Origin: Octopus sinensis
Taxonomy: Eukaryota
NCBI RefSeq assembly: GCF_006345805.1
Contig: NC_043000.1
Span: 84,630,001-84,694,000, forward strand
Direction: 5' to 3'
Length of the DNA: 64,000 nucleotides
Part shown: positions 43,120 through 57,690 of the stretch, in pieces
Layout: every line of letters starts with the position of its first letter
How positions within the stretch are numbered: the stretch's first letter is position 1
Notes under the pieces: model-generated
Told to the model about the DNA's origin: nothing
What the model saw: only the letters and a program-made list of their open reading frames with translations
The model's database searches: none
Position numbers and translations under genes: made by a program

Positions 43120-45322
43120 GCATTCGCTATTGGCAGTAAAAGTAGTACGAACGGTGTTTTTCTGCTACTATCGTTTAATTGTAAGTTTTCCCTTTAAGGA
43201 TTACCGTTGTTTTTTGAACAGTTATACAACTTTTGCTGTTTTCTGTGTCTTTTGGACACATTGCCTGCTTTAGCAGGTTCGTTTTCTGTGCAAATTCCCC
43301 CTGCTTAGGAGCGAATTGCGTTCCTTTGTGGAAATTCTTTTTACACAATCAGTACAACTGGGAAGTTGACGCCTCCTTGTATGTAAATCCAGACTACCTT
43401 TTGGGGGAATTGTGCGAACAAATGTTACCCTCCCTCCCATTTTGCCAATCGAAGGAAGAGAAAAACATACGAGAGAATGATAAAACCGATCTCCGAATTG
43501 AAACACAGAATAGTAATGGAAAAATCAACTACGCGTCCGTGGCCGGCGTTACTAGCAAAACAGTACAAGTCGGTCCGGGCAAGCTCGAAAAGTATAAAAA
43601 CTTATTGCAGAGGGAAGGAACAAACATGGAGATGACTCTCACAGAAGAAATGATGTACAACACAAAATGTAAAACAATAGTTTACAGAAAGTTGTCCCTG
43701 GCAACAAAAAGAATAAAATGGCGCCTAAGGATGTCATCGAAAAGTGCCTATTACCAACTTAGCGTGACATAAAATACATAGAGGAAGGTGTTTCGGCTCA
43801 GTCGAGGTGAGATTCGCTTCCAAAGAGGAGGCAATAGAACATTCTACGTCTCCCTTAAAGTCGGCAGATCTGGTGTTACTGACGACTTACCTCGAAACAT
43901 CGAAAATAAGGTGGGAGGTCCCACCAAAAGATCGAGGTAGTGTAGCTGATGGCAGCTGTATTGCTGAACCTGGAGGATAGAGCCACTATGTTTCAGACCA
44001 CCAGGCTACATCAGCAGAACTGGTGAGTCCAAGGTCTGGAGCTAATAATCCAGGCTACCCAGAGGGACTTGGAAGTGATACCAGAGCAAATAATACTGTC
44101 GGACGAGACCATACTAAGAGTCACGGTCGAGGTGCTTTAGGTGTGGGCAAAAAGGCTACATAAAAACCACGTTCCCACAGGTTCTACAACTAAAAGCACC
44201 CCCTCCACCTATCAACCTACCACAGTCTGACGACACGAAAGAAAGCAAGGGGGAGCCAACCAGTACCGCGATGAAACAACTCATCAACCCATCACAAATT
44301 GACGACCCGAAGGAAGACAGAAAAGGAAGTCAATCAGCACCGCAATGAAACAACCCATCAACCCACCAAAAACTGATAACCCGAAAGAAAAGAAGTCGAC
44401 CAATACCACGATAAAGCAGCCTACATCAAAGGTGTTACAGAGGGAAGCGGAGGACCCAAAGAAGGACACACGAAAAGAACCACCGCCAACCTTGTTCGAG
44501 GAGAGCCACCACGGATGGACAATGATCAAAAAGAGACGAAAAAGGAAAGATACCCCCCGCGCACCCATAAAATATAACACCAAAGACAACCAAAAATCTG
44601 CATCCACAACATACACACACAAACTACAAATTGCTCAGTTACCCCAAACAAAGATCCCATCAAAAACAAAGACAACCGAAAACACGCATTCACACCATAC
44701 ACACACAAAACACAAACATCCTACTCATTTTTCCGAAACAAAGACACACATAATCCATTCACACAAGATATATCACTGCCAGCAACACCGGTGAGAAATA
44801 AACCGCCCTAGTTAAACATACATACAGAAATTCACTTTTTACACCATAATTAGCCCCTCCACGCTCGAACACCAGCGAACTCAAAAGACAATGCAATGTT
44901 TTTTTACATCAATTGTTACACGTGATTTAATCATATGTTAATTCAACCCTTTTTGTCTGGTCTGTACTGTGAATGAAGAGTGTATACCTTGCTACAAGTG
45001 ATATGATTGAATGTGAGTACCAGTGATCCTAAAAGAAGAGCAAAAGACAATGCAAAATTCCTTTTGCATCAAGTGTCACATGTTATCTAATCATATGTTG
45101 CACCAATCCATCTTGTCTGTCCCGATTTGTAAGTACCAGTGATTCTAAATGAAGATCAGTGATGATACGTGGTTTGTGGGGTCCCAGTGTCCATCACTCC
45201 ATTTTTTTCATTTATACTCTTTCATTATCCATACGCATTTTGCCCTCCTGTCTGTCCTGTATTGTCCCTTCAGTGTATTAGCTTTTATGGTAAATAAAAA
45301 TGTCTTCTATTGAAAAAAAAAA
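43120..45322 (+). mobile_element. Non-autonomous LINE-like element with decayed gag-like ORF1 and poly(A) end
   Basis: NYASVAG motif, degenerate zinc knuckle RCFRCGQKGYIK near 44128, K/P/T-rich ORF 44345-44794, AATAAA at ~45293 then an A-run; no RT seen. Confidence 0.55.
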
Positions 45323-45894
45323 TATATATATATAAGGACTTCCGTTGTGGTTGCTGCTGACGATGTTCTCGCCGTTTTTTTAATTCTTTTGCTACTTTTG
45401 TAGTTGCTGCTGTTGTTCGTATTTCTGCTGCTGTGTTGGCGTTGCTGCTATCATTTTCCTGCCATTGATAGAAAGCATTGAACTGTCAGAACAGTTAGCA
45501 TGTCGTGCAAAATGTCTAGCAGCATTTCGTACGTCTTTTCGTTCTGGATTCAAATTCTGCCGAGATCAGCTTCGCCTTTTATATGTTTTTGGGATCAATA
45601 AAATACAGTCCCAGAGAAGAACTGGGATCATTGTAATCGACTTCCCTCTTCTCTCAAGAGCTATTGATCCTGTGCCAAAATTTGTGACCATTTTACCGAG
45701 GTCGATTTTGCATTTTATAATTTCGGAGTTGATAAAATAAATATCATTTGGGCACTGGACTCATTGTATCGATGCACCGCCTCCCTTTGTGCCTAATGTA
45801 CAAAAGCAAAGAGAAAAAAAATTGTAGTCATTATTGTTTTTGCTACAGGTGTTGCTATTGTTGTTGCTACTGGTTCTTCTTCTTCTTCTTCTTC

Positions 45895-46385
45895 TTCCAA
45901 TCAGGACTCACGCCATTAGCTACAAAGAATAATCTCTAATTCGAGCCTACTCTAAGCTATTAAGAATGCGTGTGGCAACTTGAAGATCCACCCACCACAC
46001 GCGATAGACTGGCGGTTGCACGGGCGCGGAAGCTACGTTGTTATCCTCATTCCGTAAACGGTGGCTTTTAACGGATGGAGAGCTGAATCATTTTGGGGTA
46101 CAGAGGATTCGCAATCTAGACTAGGGTCTGAAAGTTTACCACACCATAGTGGGTTACACCATGGCTTCTCTGCTTTGTGGCAGAAGTAGGAAGAAAGAGT
46201 GAGAGAAAGTTGTGGTGAAAAAGTACAGCGGGGTTCACCACTACCCTCCCCCCCCCCGCCTGCCGGAGCCTCGTAGAGCTTAGGTGTTTTTGCTCAATAA
46301 ACACTCACAATGCCCGGTCTGGGAATCGAAACCGCGTTCTTACGACCGCAAGTCCGCTGCTCTAACCACTGAGCCGTTGCACCTC
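45895..46385 (-). mobile_element. tRNA-derived SINE
   Basis: Head shared with 22440-22602 (gccggagcctcgt...cccggtctgggaatcgaaaccgcg...ctaaccactg). Confidence 0.8.
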
Positions 46386-46499
46386 CACTTTTGCTGCTGC
46401 TGTCGACGTTCTCGTCTTTACTGTATTGTTTTTACTATCGTTGTAGTTGCTGTAGTTGTTGTCGCTGCAGTTATTCTTCTTATTACAATGGTAGCAGTT

Positions 46500-47560
46500 A
46501 AGGCTGCGAGCTGGCAGAATCGTTAACACGCCAGGAAATATGTTTAGCGGTGTTTCGATCGTCTTTATGTCCCGAGTTCAGATTCCGCCGAGGTCAACTT
46601 AGTCTTTCATCCTTTTCGGAGTCGATAAAATGAAGTACTAGTTGAACACTGGGCCCAATGTAATCGATTTCCCTTTCCCCCTTCAAAAACTGCGGACCCT
46701 GTACCAAAATTTGAAACCATTACTAAAACAGCAAGCAGGCAAATCGTTAGAGGGTCAGAGAAAACGCTTTATGGTATTTACATCGACCTCAGTATTTGAC
46801 TGGTTACGCGTGTAAAAAAACTTTAGTTTTTTTTTACACGCGTAACAATTAAGAAAAAAGAATTTAGGATTAGGGGGAGGTTTAGGGTTAGTGATAGGTT
46901 GTTGTCTCAGTTTTAGACGCAGCAAATGATTTTAGTTCAATGGAGGTAATCGATTGGTTAAAATTGCCGAAATGCTCGGATTTTCAGACGAAATATCTTA
47001 CAAACTATAGAATTTTCTCAATAAAACCAAGAGAAAATGATGTTTTATAAACACATTCTACCAAGTATACGAAGTTTAAAACTTTTAATTACCTAGAAAT
47101 TATGTTACAAACTGCCGTTCAAAAGGAAAAGATACGGCCACCAGTTTTGAGGTGGGGTGTTGCAAGTCGTTTACATCGACCTCAGTATTTGACTGGTACT
47201 TCTTTCGTCAACCGGAAAAGACAAAAGATGAAGTTGATTGTGGAGGGATTTGAACTCATGAAGTAATGAGTCGGAAGAAATGCCGCAAGACAGCTTTTAA
47301 GACACTAACAATTCTGCCAGCTCGCTGCCTTAGCAGCAGCAACAACAATCGTTTCAAATTCTGGCACAAGGTCAGCAATTTCAGGGGAGGGAATAAGTCG
47401 ATGACATCGATTACAACTGGTGCTATTTTATCGACCCAGGAAGACTAAAATGTAAACCTGACCTCGGCAGAATTTGATCTCAGAACGTAAAGGCAGACTG
47501 TTTGCCGTTACGCATTTTGCCAGACGTGCTCACTATTCTCCCAGCGCGCCGTCTTTAACA
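46500..47560. mobile_element. SINE cluster with a partial copy of the 53.3-kb TIR element family
   Basis: SINE at 46500-46720 (+) and 47140-47560 (-); 46950-47135 matches the right TIR of 53298-54255. Confidence 0.75.
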
Positions 47561-48106
47561 GCAACAGCAATAATAAAAACATGAAAACCAGCAACAACGA
47601 AAACAACTGAAATCAAGAGTGAATCCGTTTTACGGACAAGTTTATGGGAAAAACATGAGTCCAAAATACTCGTACGACACTGTAGGGAGTAGTGTGTACC
47701 GTATGTACCCTACTTACAAACATACGCAACAACGGAGCTCTGTTATTGTTTTTTTTCTCACATGTTTTTAACTTCAACATTCTCGACTTGTCTGCGCTAT
47801 TATCTCGCAAGTATTTCTTTCGTCTTCTATTTCACTTCCTCCCTTACATTTCCAGTTACTATCAATCATAAAGCACTCACGTCTCACTAAATTACTCTCT
47901 CCTTCTCTCTCCTCTTTCTCTCCCCTTATCTTTCTTTTTTTTTTTGTATCCACTTCCTGTTTGTGAAACGCTCTTTTTAAACGTTACTCCTCCTCCACAT
48001 AACCAGCTTCATGTCTTTTTTCATTCATCACTCTGTTCACATTTTAGATAGCTAGAAAGATAGATAGATGCATACATATATCTGTACATATATATATATA
48101 CACACC

Positions 48107-48140
<34 letters not shown>

Positions 48141-48364
48141 CAAACGTATATTTATATGTATATTTGCATGTGTGTGTGTTATTTTGCTGTTCTTTTCATT
48201 GGCAGAAGTTACAAACTGACCCTAGGGCCGACGATTTCGTGTGTGGTACTTAACCAAACTACTTCAAAAACTAAAGAGTCTGTTTTTACGTAGACTGGCT
48301 TATAATTAACTACTAACCTACATACATACATACGTAGTATATATATATATATATATATATATAT

Positions 48365-48498
48365 AGGTAAACAGTAAAATTAATTACAGACATGGACAAG
48401 AACATGAAACACCACAGAGACGACACAAGAACCACAGGACGGGACATTCGAAGCCCTCAGTCATCAGTCAAGAACCAGATCATCTTAGACAATTTCGG

Positions 48499-48500
<2 letters not shown>
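48365..48500 (-). mobile_element. (TA)n-embedded fragment homologous to the 62.1-kb element; 3' half of the reversed-order hammerhead-like motif
   Basis: Minus strand AGCCGAAATTGTCTAAGATGATCTGGTTCTTGACTGATGA aligns with AGCCGAAATTGCAAAGATAATCTGGAACTCGACTGAGGA (62125-62163). Confidence 0.6.
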
Positions 48501-48536
<36 letters not shown>

Positions 48537-49049
48537 TATTATATATATACATACACAACACCATACATACATATATATATATATATATTCACACAAACGT
48601 ATATTTCCGTCTAGCAGAAGTTAGACGTTTCTCTCTAACTTCTTTCATTCACTAATTTTACTTTTCTTTTCTTACTCGCCTTCATTCACTTACATTCTCA
48701 TTCCATCACCCACACCCGCCACCACTCCCCGCCACTATCGTCACTATTACTCCCTCCCTCCCATCACTTATAAATATATCTCACGTTCTCTACAACTTGT
48801 ACTTCCTCACAGTATCTGCACAGGAGGATTTTTTTTGCGTATATTTTTTGCCTTTATTTTGAATTGTGTTTTTTTTTTCCTTATCTATTTTTAAAACTAT
48901 ATCAATGTCATTTACAAATTTAGCATCATTCTTTCATTTTCTCCCTCTTCTCTTTACTGAAGTTGCTTTTCCTTTTCTTTTCTCTCCACGCAGACACACA
49001 CATACAGATAAACAACATATAATTATAGGTAGGTTGCATGTTTACATAT

Positions 49050-49138
<89 letters not shown>

Positions 49139-50154
49139 GTATATATATATATATATATATACCCCACATACATATATACATATAAGCTACATATATGTTT
49201 GTGTATGCATCTATATGTGCATATAATATATATACATATGCACACACATATATGCTTATATATTTATCTATAGATATATATGTATACACAGTACATATTG
49301 TATGTATGTATGCATGTATGTATGTATGTATGTATGTATGTATGTATGTATGTATGTATGTATGTATGTATGTATGTATGTATGTATGTACGAGTATGTG
49401 TATGAATGTATGCATGCATATGTATAAACGAGTGTAGTACCCATCAAAATAACGATGTGTATGTCTGTGTTTGTTCAGTTATTTCTTTCTTTCTACCTTG
49501 AACGTTGCTACCGTTTATCCTCATATTTCTTGTCTTTCTTCACCATCTCTTCTTCTTCTTCTTCAAATCACGTCGGGCATTGACTTCGTGCCATAATCTT
49601 CTTCTTTAGTTCTAAATCGAACAGTTTCTTTGTAACTGAGAAAACCTGTTGTATATTCGAACCGTCGGTTCTCCATTCCTTCTCTCTTACAGCCTCATTC
49701 CCGCTTTATCTGGTTTCCAATTTGTCCTCTCATTCAAACTCTGCATCCACGTCTTTTCGTTCTTTCCCTCCAACTTCTTTTTATGCCACACCTCTCTACT
49801 TCTCTATGTCTGTGTCTATCAATCGCTCACTTCTTATACTTCTATTATTATATCATGTTACCGCTCTAATTACCATTTCCTCGCTCTTATTACTCGCTTG
49901 CTCTCGCACTCTTGCAGTTATCTCACCTTATCTTTCTCTGCCTGTTCTCTTGACTGTTGGGTTACTTCAACCTATCAATTCATCTATGTAATGTTACCGT
50001 CTATCTTTATATCTCTTTCTCTAAGTTCCACCTCTCTCAGCACAGTTATTGCTTTCTCCTTCTTAGAGGATAACAGAAAGCGGTAGAGATCAAGGAAACG
50101 ACAAGTTTGCACATATCGATAGATAGGTAGGTAGGTCGGTAGGTAGACAGATCG

Positions 50155-50209
<55 letters not shown>

Positions 50210-50239
50210 ATATTATATAATATATATTATATATATAAT

Positions 50240-50270
<31 letters not shown>

Positions 50271-50331
50271 TTATTTATTTTATATATAGAGGGCATTATT
50301 ATACATACATGCCACACGCTAAGAGGGACAA

Positions 50332-50400
<69 letters not shown>

Positions 50401-51356
50401 GTGTGTATGTTTGTGAGTGAGATATCTATTTATTCACATAGATATAAAAACAGACAAACGGACATATATACATACATGCAGACATAAAGAAAAGATATAT
50501 ATTGACACTCTTTACTCTTTTACGTGTTTCAGTCATTTGACTGTGGCCATGCTGGAGCACCGCCTTTAGTCGAGCAAATCGACCCTCGGACTTATTCTTT
50601 GTGAGCCTAGTACTTATTCTATCAGTTTCTTTTGCCGAACCGCTAAGTTACGGTGAAGTCACTGTAAACGTACATATATTTTCATTGTAGAGTTCTATGT
50701 ATCTATACTTATTTCATTTATATGGCTATGCTGCAGATTCACTCTCTCGGCTTAAATTTACACAGAACTTAATCGTAGCTCCATATAACGTTATTTAGTT
50801 GTAGAGCACACTGAGTGAACAAATGACGCGAGTAAACGAGTTAAGTTGTTCCTTGCAAGGTTAACATGTGTCTAGTTAACATTTAAACTTATACACACAC
50901 ACACATCGCTTTTAGATTCCTTCTCCTCATCCATAACTGTCTCCCCGTCCTCCACCCTTCATTCTCGTTATTCTGTTCCTTATACTCGCCATCTCACCAT
51001 CCACCTTCCTTTCTTCTCATCAACTGTTTTATCTAGTCCTATCTCTTACACTATCTTTTCAATCCTCGTTTCCGCTCTCTCTCCCTTCTATCTCCCTCTC
51101 CTCCCTCGCTCTCTCACTCCACCTCGCTCTCACTCTCTCTCACTCTCCTCACTCTCTCTCACTCTCCTCACTTTCTCACTCTCTCTCCCTCTCTCTCTCT
51201 CTCTTGCTTCTTCGTCTTCTTCTTCTTTGTCCCTCTCCATCACGCCACCTTTTTCTCATTCATATACACACTTTCGATCTCTCTCCCTCTCTTGTTTTAC
51301 ATAAACACACTCTTTTCTCTCCCACCACTATCTCACACACATACACATGCCCTCGC

Positions 51357-51397
<41 letters not shown>

Positions 51398-51968
51398 GGC
51401 TCTCTTACACATACCCACTCTCCTTCCCTCCCTCTCTCCTCTCGCCCCTTTCTCACACAATCATACATACACCCTCTCACTCATACCGCCTCTCTCATAC
51501 CAACACACTCTCTCTCCCCCTCTCACAGATACACTTTCTTTCTCTATACTTGCCCCTCTCTCCCTCTCTCTCATTCTCTCGCCCCCTTCCCTCCTCTCTC
51601 CGTCCCATTTTCTCTTATGTATCCTCACTTTCTCCACACAGACTTCTCTGATGTTCCCCTCATCCCTCTCTCCTTTCATATATCTAAGTGTGTAGTCATG
51701 TAAACATGTGTCTGCTTGAGGGTGTATTCGCACGTGTGTTTGTGTTTGTGCATATGTCTGTATCCACGTATATATATAAATATACATATACGTATACATA
51801 GCCACCTTGTAATCGTTCCCCCATCACAACCCACACCGATGTCTTTGATGATCGGCTTCCGTCACAGCTTGTCAACTGTAATTGTCAATTTTCAACCATT
51901 TACCTAATTAAACTATACTTTCATTTCCTGTAGAGTGCTGGCAAATTATGTAACTTCCACTTCATGTG

Positions 51969-52023
<55 letters not shown>

Positions 52024-52074
52024 TATATACATATATATAATATATATATATATACATATGCACATATACGTGTG

Positions 52075-52105
<31 letters not shown>

Positions 52106-53297
52106 ATATATATATATACATACGCACATATACGTGTGTGTATATATATTATATACATACATATATATATATATAATATTATAATATATATATATACACA
52201 AACATAAACAGATAGACACACACACACACACACACACATACATACCATACATACACATAAACACATTTACAAACACGAGCACGCGCACACACATGAGTAT
52301 ATGAGTAGCGTCAATGCATGTATTTAAATGTAATTTGCATGCCATTGCGCAGACGAGCAGGAAAAGTTTATTCCATTCGCTGGTTGTTATATGACAAATA
52401 TAAAAATATGAAACTTCCGTTGCATGCTTCGTTCTTATCTTTCTTTTTATCTAATTTTTCACAGCAACAGCAGCATCCCCACCGCTACCACTACCAGCAC
52501 CGCCAACTCTTTCTCCACCACTACTTCCATCATCACTACTACTACTCCCACTACTACCGCCGCCATAACCACCACCACCATTCCCATCTCCACCACTCCC
52601 ACCATCACAACTACCACCACCACCATTACCAGCACCATCACTCCCACCAACGCCAACCCTCCTCTACCACTGCTACCACAAGCACCTCTACCACTACTAC
52701 CACCACCGCAATCACCACCGCCATCGCCACCACCACCACCACTACCACACCACTACCACCACTACTACCACGACAACCAGCACCACCACGACCTCCAACC
52801 ACCACCCCACCATCTTTCTATGTCGTATATTTATGTTTTATAGTCCCGAGAGTCGTATTTCCTTCAATAAAAACCACCGCTCCTTATTAAATATTTAACA
52901 ACGTTTTATGATAGAAGTAGAAGAATGTCTTTGCCGCAATATAGAGTCGCTATATCTAGTAGAAACAGCAGCGAAATCTCATTTAAATAACATTTTACCA
53001 TTTTAAAAAAAGAAAACATGAAATAATTTAGGTTAAAATATACAGAAAAGACAAGACGCTAATGCCTGGATTATAGGCATTTGATTGTAGGCCTCCTTAA
53101 TCCTAAGTTTCATCAATCATAAGTCTAATTAATCATAGATCTCAGTCATATCTCTTCAATCATCAGTTTTTCAGTCAGGTCTCTTCAATCATCAGTTTCC
53201 TTAATCAGGAATAATCTGAAGTTAAACATTAGCAACAATAGACCTACAGGTAGATACTCAGCTACTGAAAATGGCAACTAAATCACACTTCGACCAA

Positions 53298-54255
53298 GGG
53301 ATCTTTTCGCTTTGACCGGCAGATTTTTAAAATAATTTCTTTGTAACTAAACACTTTTAAACTTCGTATACTGGTAGAATGTGTTTATAAAACATCTTTT
53401 TCTCTTGGCTTTCTGGAGAAAATTCTGTAGTTTGTAAGATATTTGGTCTTTAATTTCTTGCATTTCGACCAATCAATGACGTCTATTGAGGTGAATTCAA
53501 TTACTGCCGTAGTGTGTCATTTATTTCCGGTGTCATATGAAATTGTCCCTGTTATTTATGACATATTTCATATCAGTTACATTCGTATGAATAAAAGATT
53601 ATCGTTATTAAACTTTTATTAATAAACACATATTCTAAGTTCACAACATATGCAGTTTTAATTTTCCTCTCTGTTGCACAGATACACATATTACATATTA
53701 TATATTCGTTTAAGAAACAGATTGGGCTTATTTACATTTCTGAAGAAAAAAAGATACACTTTCCCCCACCCCTAATCCTAACCTTTACCCTAACCCTAAC
53801 CCTAACCCAACCACTAACCCAACCCTAACTCTAACCCTAACCCTAAAACAGATTGAAATGCAACAGATCGATACTAGGGTCATAATTATGGGTGGACACT
53901 AAAGAGGGGATGGTTTTGTTATCCAGCTCTGTTTACGAGTGACCCCTCAGTTTATGGCCACAGGGTATCTTTTTTCTCATAAATAACAGTGACAATTTCA
54001 TATGACACCGGAAATAAATGTTGTTGACACACTACGGCAGAAATTGAATTCACCTCAATAGACATCATTGATTGGTTGAAATTGCCGAAATGCAAGAAAT
54101 TAAAGACCAAATATCTTACAAACTACAGAATTTTCTCAAGAAACCCAAGAGAAAAAGATGTTTTATAAACACTTTCTACCAGTATACTAAGTTTAAAATT
54201 TTTTAGTTACAAAGAAATAATTATAAAAATCTGCCGGTCAAAGCGAAAAGATCCC
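53298..54255. mobile_element. Non-autonomous DNA transposon with ~265-bp TIRs, 6-bp TSD and internal (CCCTAA)n
   Basis: gggatcttttcgctttgaccggcag...ctgccggtcaaagcgaaaagatccc; GACCAA at 53292-53297 and 54256-54261; telomere-type repeats at 53769-53846. Confidence 0.92.
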
Positions 54256-55300
54256 GACCAAGTAAATGAAGCTAATAATAAATCTATACTCTCCCTCTCT
54301 CTTTCCTTCTTTCTCTCTGTTGTTCTTTATCTTTCTTTCTAACTTCTTAACGTAATGTCTTTTAGAAAAAATAAAGTTATTGTAATTAAAGAAGATTATC
54401 AAAAAAAAAAGAAGAAAATAGGAATAAATTCGAATTGTGCAATAGAAGCAACTCTATTATGTAATAGCGCATACATTGGTCTAGGAAAAATTCCTGAAAA
54501 GACTATAGTATTAAAAAACACAATATACTTCAGAGCCAGGCGAATCGAAATTGCCCCAAAAGTGATCACGTGACAGCTGATCAATACCGCGAACTCAGCT
54601 TACCTCCGAAATGAAATCGGAATCGCTAGTCTGAAGTATATTAATATTATGTATAAACTATTTCCTGATTTGCAGATGCGTCCCATAAGTAGAATAAATT
54701 CAGATTATGCGATGGAAGAGTCTCTGTTATGTAAACGTTTTCAATATCACATATTTAACATATGTATGAGAGGCGAGTTTGCGGTATTGATAAGCCGCAT
54801 TAACAGTGAAATACTGTATCAGTGACTTTCATGATAACTTCTAGAGCGATTATCTCTGAAATGTAAAGTGTTCTTTAATACTATACGTCTTTAAAGGGAT
54901 CGTAGCTTTTGCCGTTTAAACAATACACATACGTTAAATATGTAGTGTTGGTAATGTTTAATTAGAAATAATTACATAATGAGATAAAAAATAAAGTGAG
55001 AGAGAGAGAGAGAGTTCTTAATATTACTTTAATCAATTGAACAAATATGGGAGACAACTGCAAGCACGTACTATTTTATTAATCCATTTCAGCAAAGTAC
55101 AGACTTCACTACAATATACAGATTGAAGTAATGATGAAAGGCTTATAAATTAATAAACAGTACTGTAGAAAGTAGGTATCATAATCAGTATTTAAAAAAA
55201 GAAGGCACCATCTGTATATAAAACATCTTTAACTTTATTCACAAACATGTTTTTTTATTCTCTTTCACTTCTAGAATCTTTCAATCTTTTATCTTTCTTC

Positions 55301-55350
<50 letters not shown>

Positions 55351-56897
55351 CTCTTTCTCTCTTTCGCTCCCTCTCTCTTTTCTTCTCTATCTCTCTCGTC
55401 CTCTCTCTCTCTCTCTCCCTTTCTTTCACTATTTCTTGTTTTCTCTTTATTATATTCCTTTTTATTCTCTTTCGTATTTTTCCAGCTTCTCCCCTTTCCC
55501 ATTTCTCTGTCTTTCTTATTCCCCTTTCTCTCTCTCTTCTTTCTTTTCTTTCTCTTTTTTCTTTCTCTCACTCTTTCATGTTTTGTCTTTATTATATTCC
55601 TTTTCATTCTCTTTCGTACTTCTCCCTCTATTCCTCTCTCACGCCCTTTCTCTCCCTCTCTTTCCCCTTCTATCCACGTCTCTCTTTCTCCCCCCTTCTC
55701 TCTATCTGTTTCTTTCTCCCCTTTTTGTCACTATTTCATGTTTTCTCTTTATTGTCATTCATTTTCTTTCGTATTTTTTCACTTACTTCTCCCTCTACTC
55801 GTCTCTCACTCCTTCTCTCTCCCACTCTTCCACCTGTTCTATCCACCCCTCTCTTTTTATTCCCCTTCCTCTCTCTCACCCTCTCTTTCCCTTTCTCTCT
55901 CTCTCTCTCTCTCTCTCTCGCTTTCTAACTCTTATTCTTTCTCTCACTATTTCATGCTTTCTCTTTATTATACTGTCTTTTATTTTCTTTCGTGCTTTTT
56001 CAACTCCTTCTCCTACTCTCCTGTTACTCCCTCTCTCCATTCTCCCTCTCTTTCACCTTATTATCCACTTCTGTCTTTCTCTCTCACTCCGCTCACTCTC
56101 CTTACCAATTTTTGACGGTTACATACCATAATTTCTTATAATCCTTTAACAAAAACTTAGTAATTACTTCCGAAATTCAATAAAAGATAATAATAATAAA
56201 TCTCTTACACATTTATTAAATTTGCAGATATTTCCTCATTTCTATTTTACACATTGTTTTTATTTTCCAGACAAGCGTTCAACTGAACTCCAATCAGATT
56301 TACAAACATTTTAACTTAAACTAAAACATCTTTTATGTCATTTCCTCACACCTTGTCAGATAAATTTTTGTTAATATTATGTAATTATATAAACACTGTC
56401 TCTCTCAGACATCAATAAATCTTTTACTATTTCTTCAACATCATTCGGCTTTGTCATAGCTTTGCATAGTTAAAGCAGCTCATCTTTATAGTAGTCATTT
56501 ATCACAGAATTAGTTTAAGTTAAACAACTTATTAGAGCTGCAGCTTATAGTGTTCAAAATATGAATTACCAGTCATTGTGTTTCTTTTCATCAATAAATA
56601 GAATACACGTATTATATTAGCAATTTATACTACCAATTTTCACTTCATTCTCTGTTTTCTTCTTCCTCACTAAAGTCTGTGAATATATCTATCTCTAAAG
56701 CATAAAAACCATTATGAGCATACTGTTAACACTGTCCTAGTATACAACTACATTGTAATATATATATACTACAAAGCATACCTTGTGTCATCGATAAAAA
56801 GCAGGTCAGAAAGAGCCGTAGTGAACCTACTGCGGACGAGTGTTGCATAGTATACAATGAGGTTTTTGCCCAAATTTTATTCAGTTATATGCATATA

Positions 56898-57032
56898 CTA
56901 GCAGAGGCACCCGGCGTTGCCGGGGATGAAATTGTTCCTGATATATTGGAAGAAAAAAGCAAAATATGTTGTGTAGAAATATTTTATTCTAAATTTAATT
57001 TATTCTTCAATTGGGAAATCAATTCTGAATTC

Positions 57033-57093
<61 letters not shown>

Positions 57094-57690
57094 TAACAAT
57101 AATAATAATAATAAGAAGAAGAAAGAAGACGAAGACGAAGAAGAAGAAGAAGAAGAGGAAGAAGAAAAGATAGGAAGAAGAAGAAGAAGAAGAAGAAGAA
57201 TATTTATAATTATAATAATAATAACAATAATAATGACGATGATGATGATAAACGAAAATACAAAATTTACCACATTTATGAAGGGAGATAAATTCTACCA
57301 CATATGTTGAAGGAAATACGTAAGAGCTTCTGGGTAAACAACATTCTTTGTTTTCTGGTTTGGAGCACAGACAAAAATGTGTTGCAGCCTACCAACCCTG
57401 GATCAATTAACAGAAAGCTGATCATGAAAAATTAAGTGCAGGCCAGTAGATTTCAATGTCTGACTTTGAACTTTGTTAATAGACATTGCGAAGCAAAGTC
57501 GCACAGGGAATTGTGTTCGTTTCAATTCAAATGGCATGTCTGTTAGTTTGATTGGAATTCTTGGAAAGAAAACCACTTCCCTCGAGTCGCATATAGAGAT
57601 GATGGTAGCTTCCATCACATTAGGTGATAATGTCTTCAAAATCAACCTTGTCCCATTGCATAATTTAGGAGGATGTGAATTTCTTAGAAC
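56898..57690 (-). mobile_element. Helitron 3' fragment: PIF1-type helicase C-terminus plus hairpin/CTAG end
   Basis: LRNSHPPKLCNGTRL...RIP...QFPVRLCFAMSINKVQSQTL; hairpin cccggc-gtt-gccggg at 56910-56924 and CTAG at 56898-56901. Confidence 0.88.

Noticed and set aside
53769-53846. (CCCTAA)n as a chromosome end or fusion site
   Set aside because: Short, degenerate and internal to a TSD-flanked TIR element
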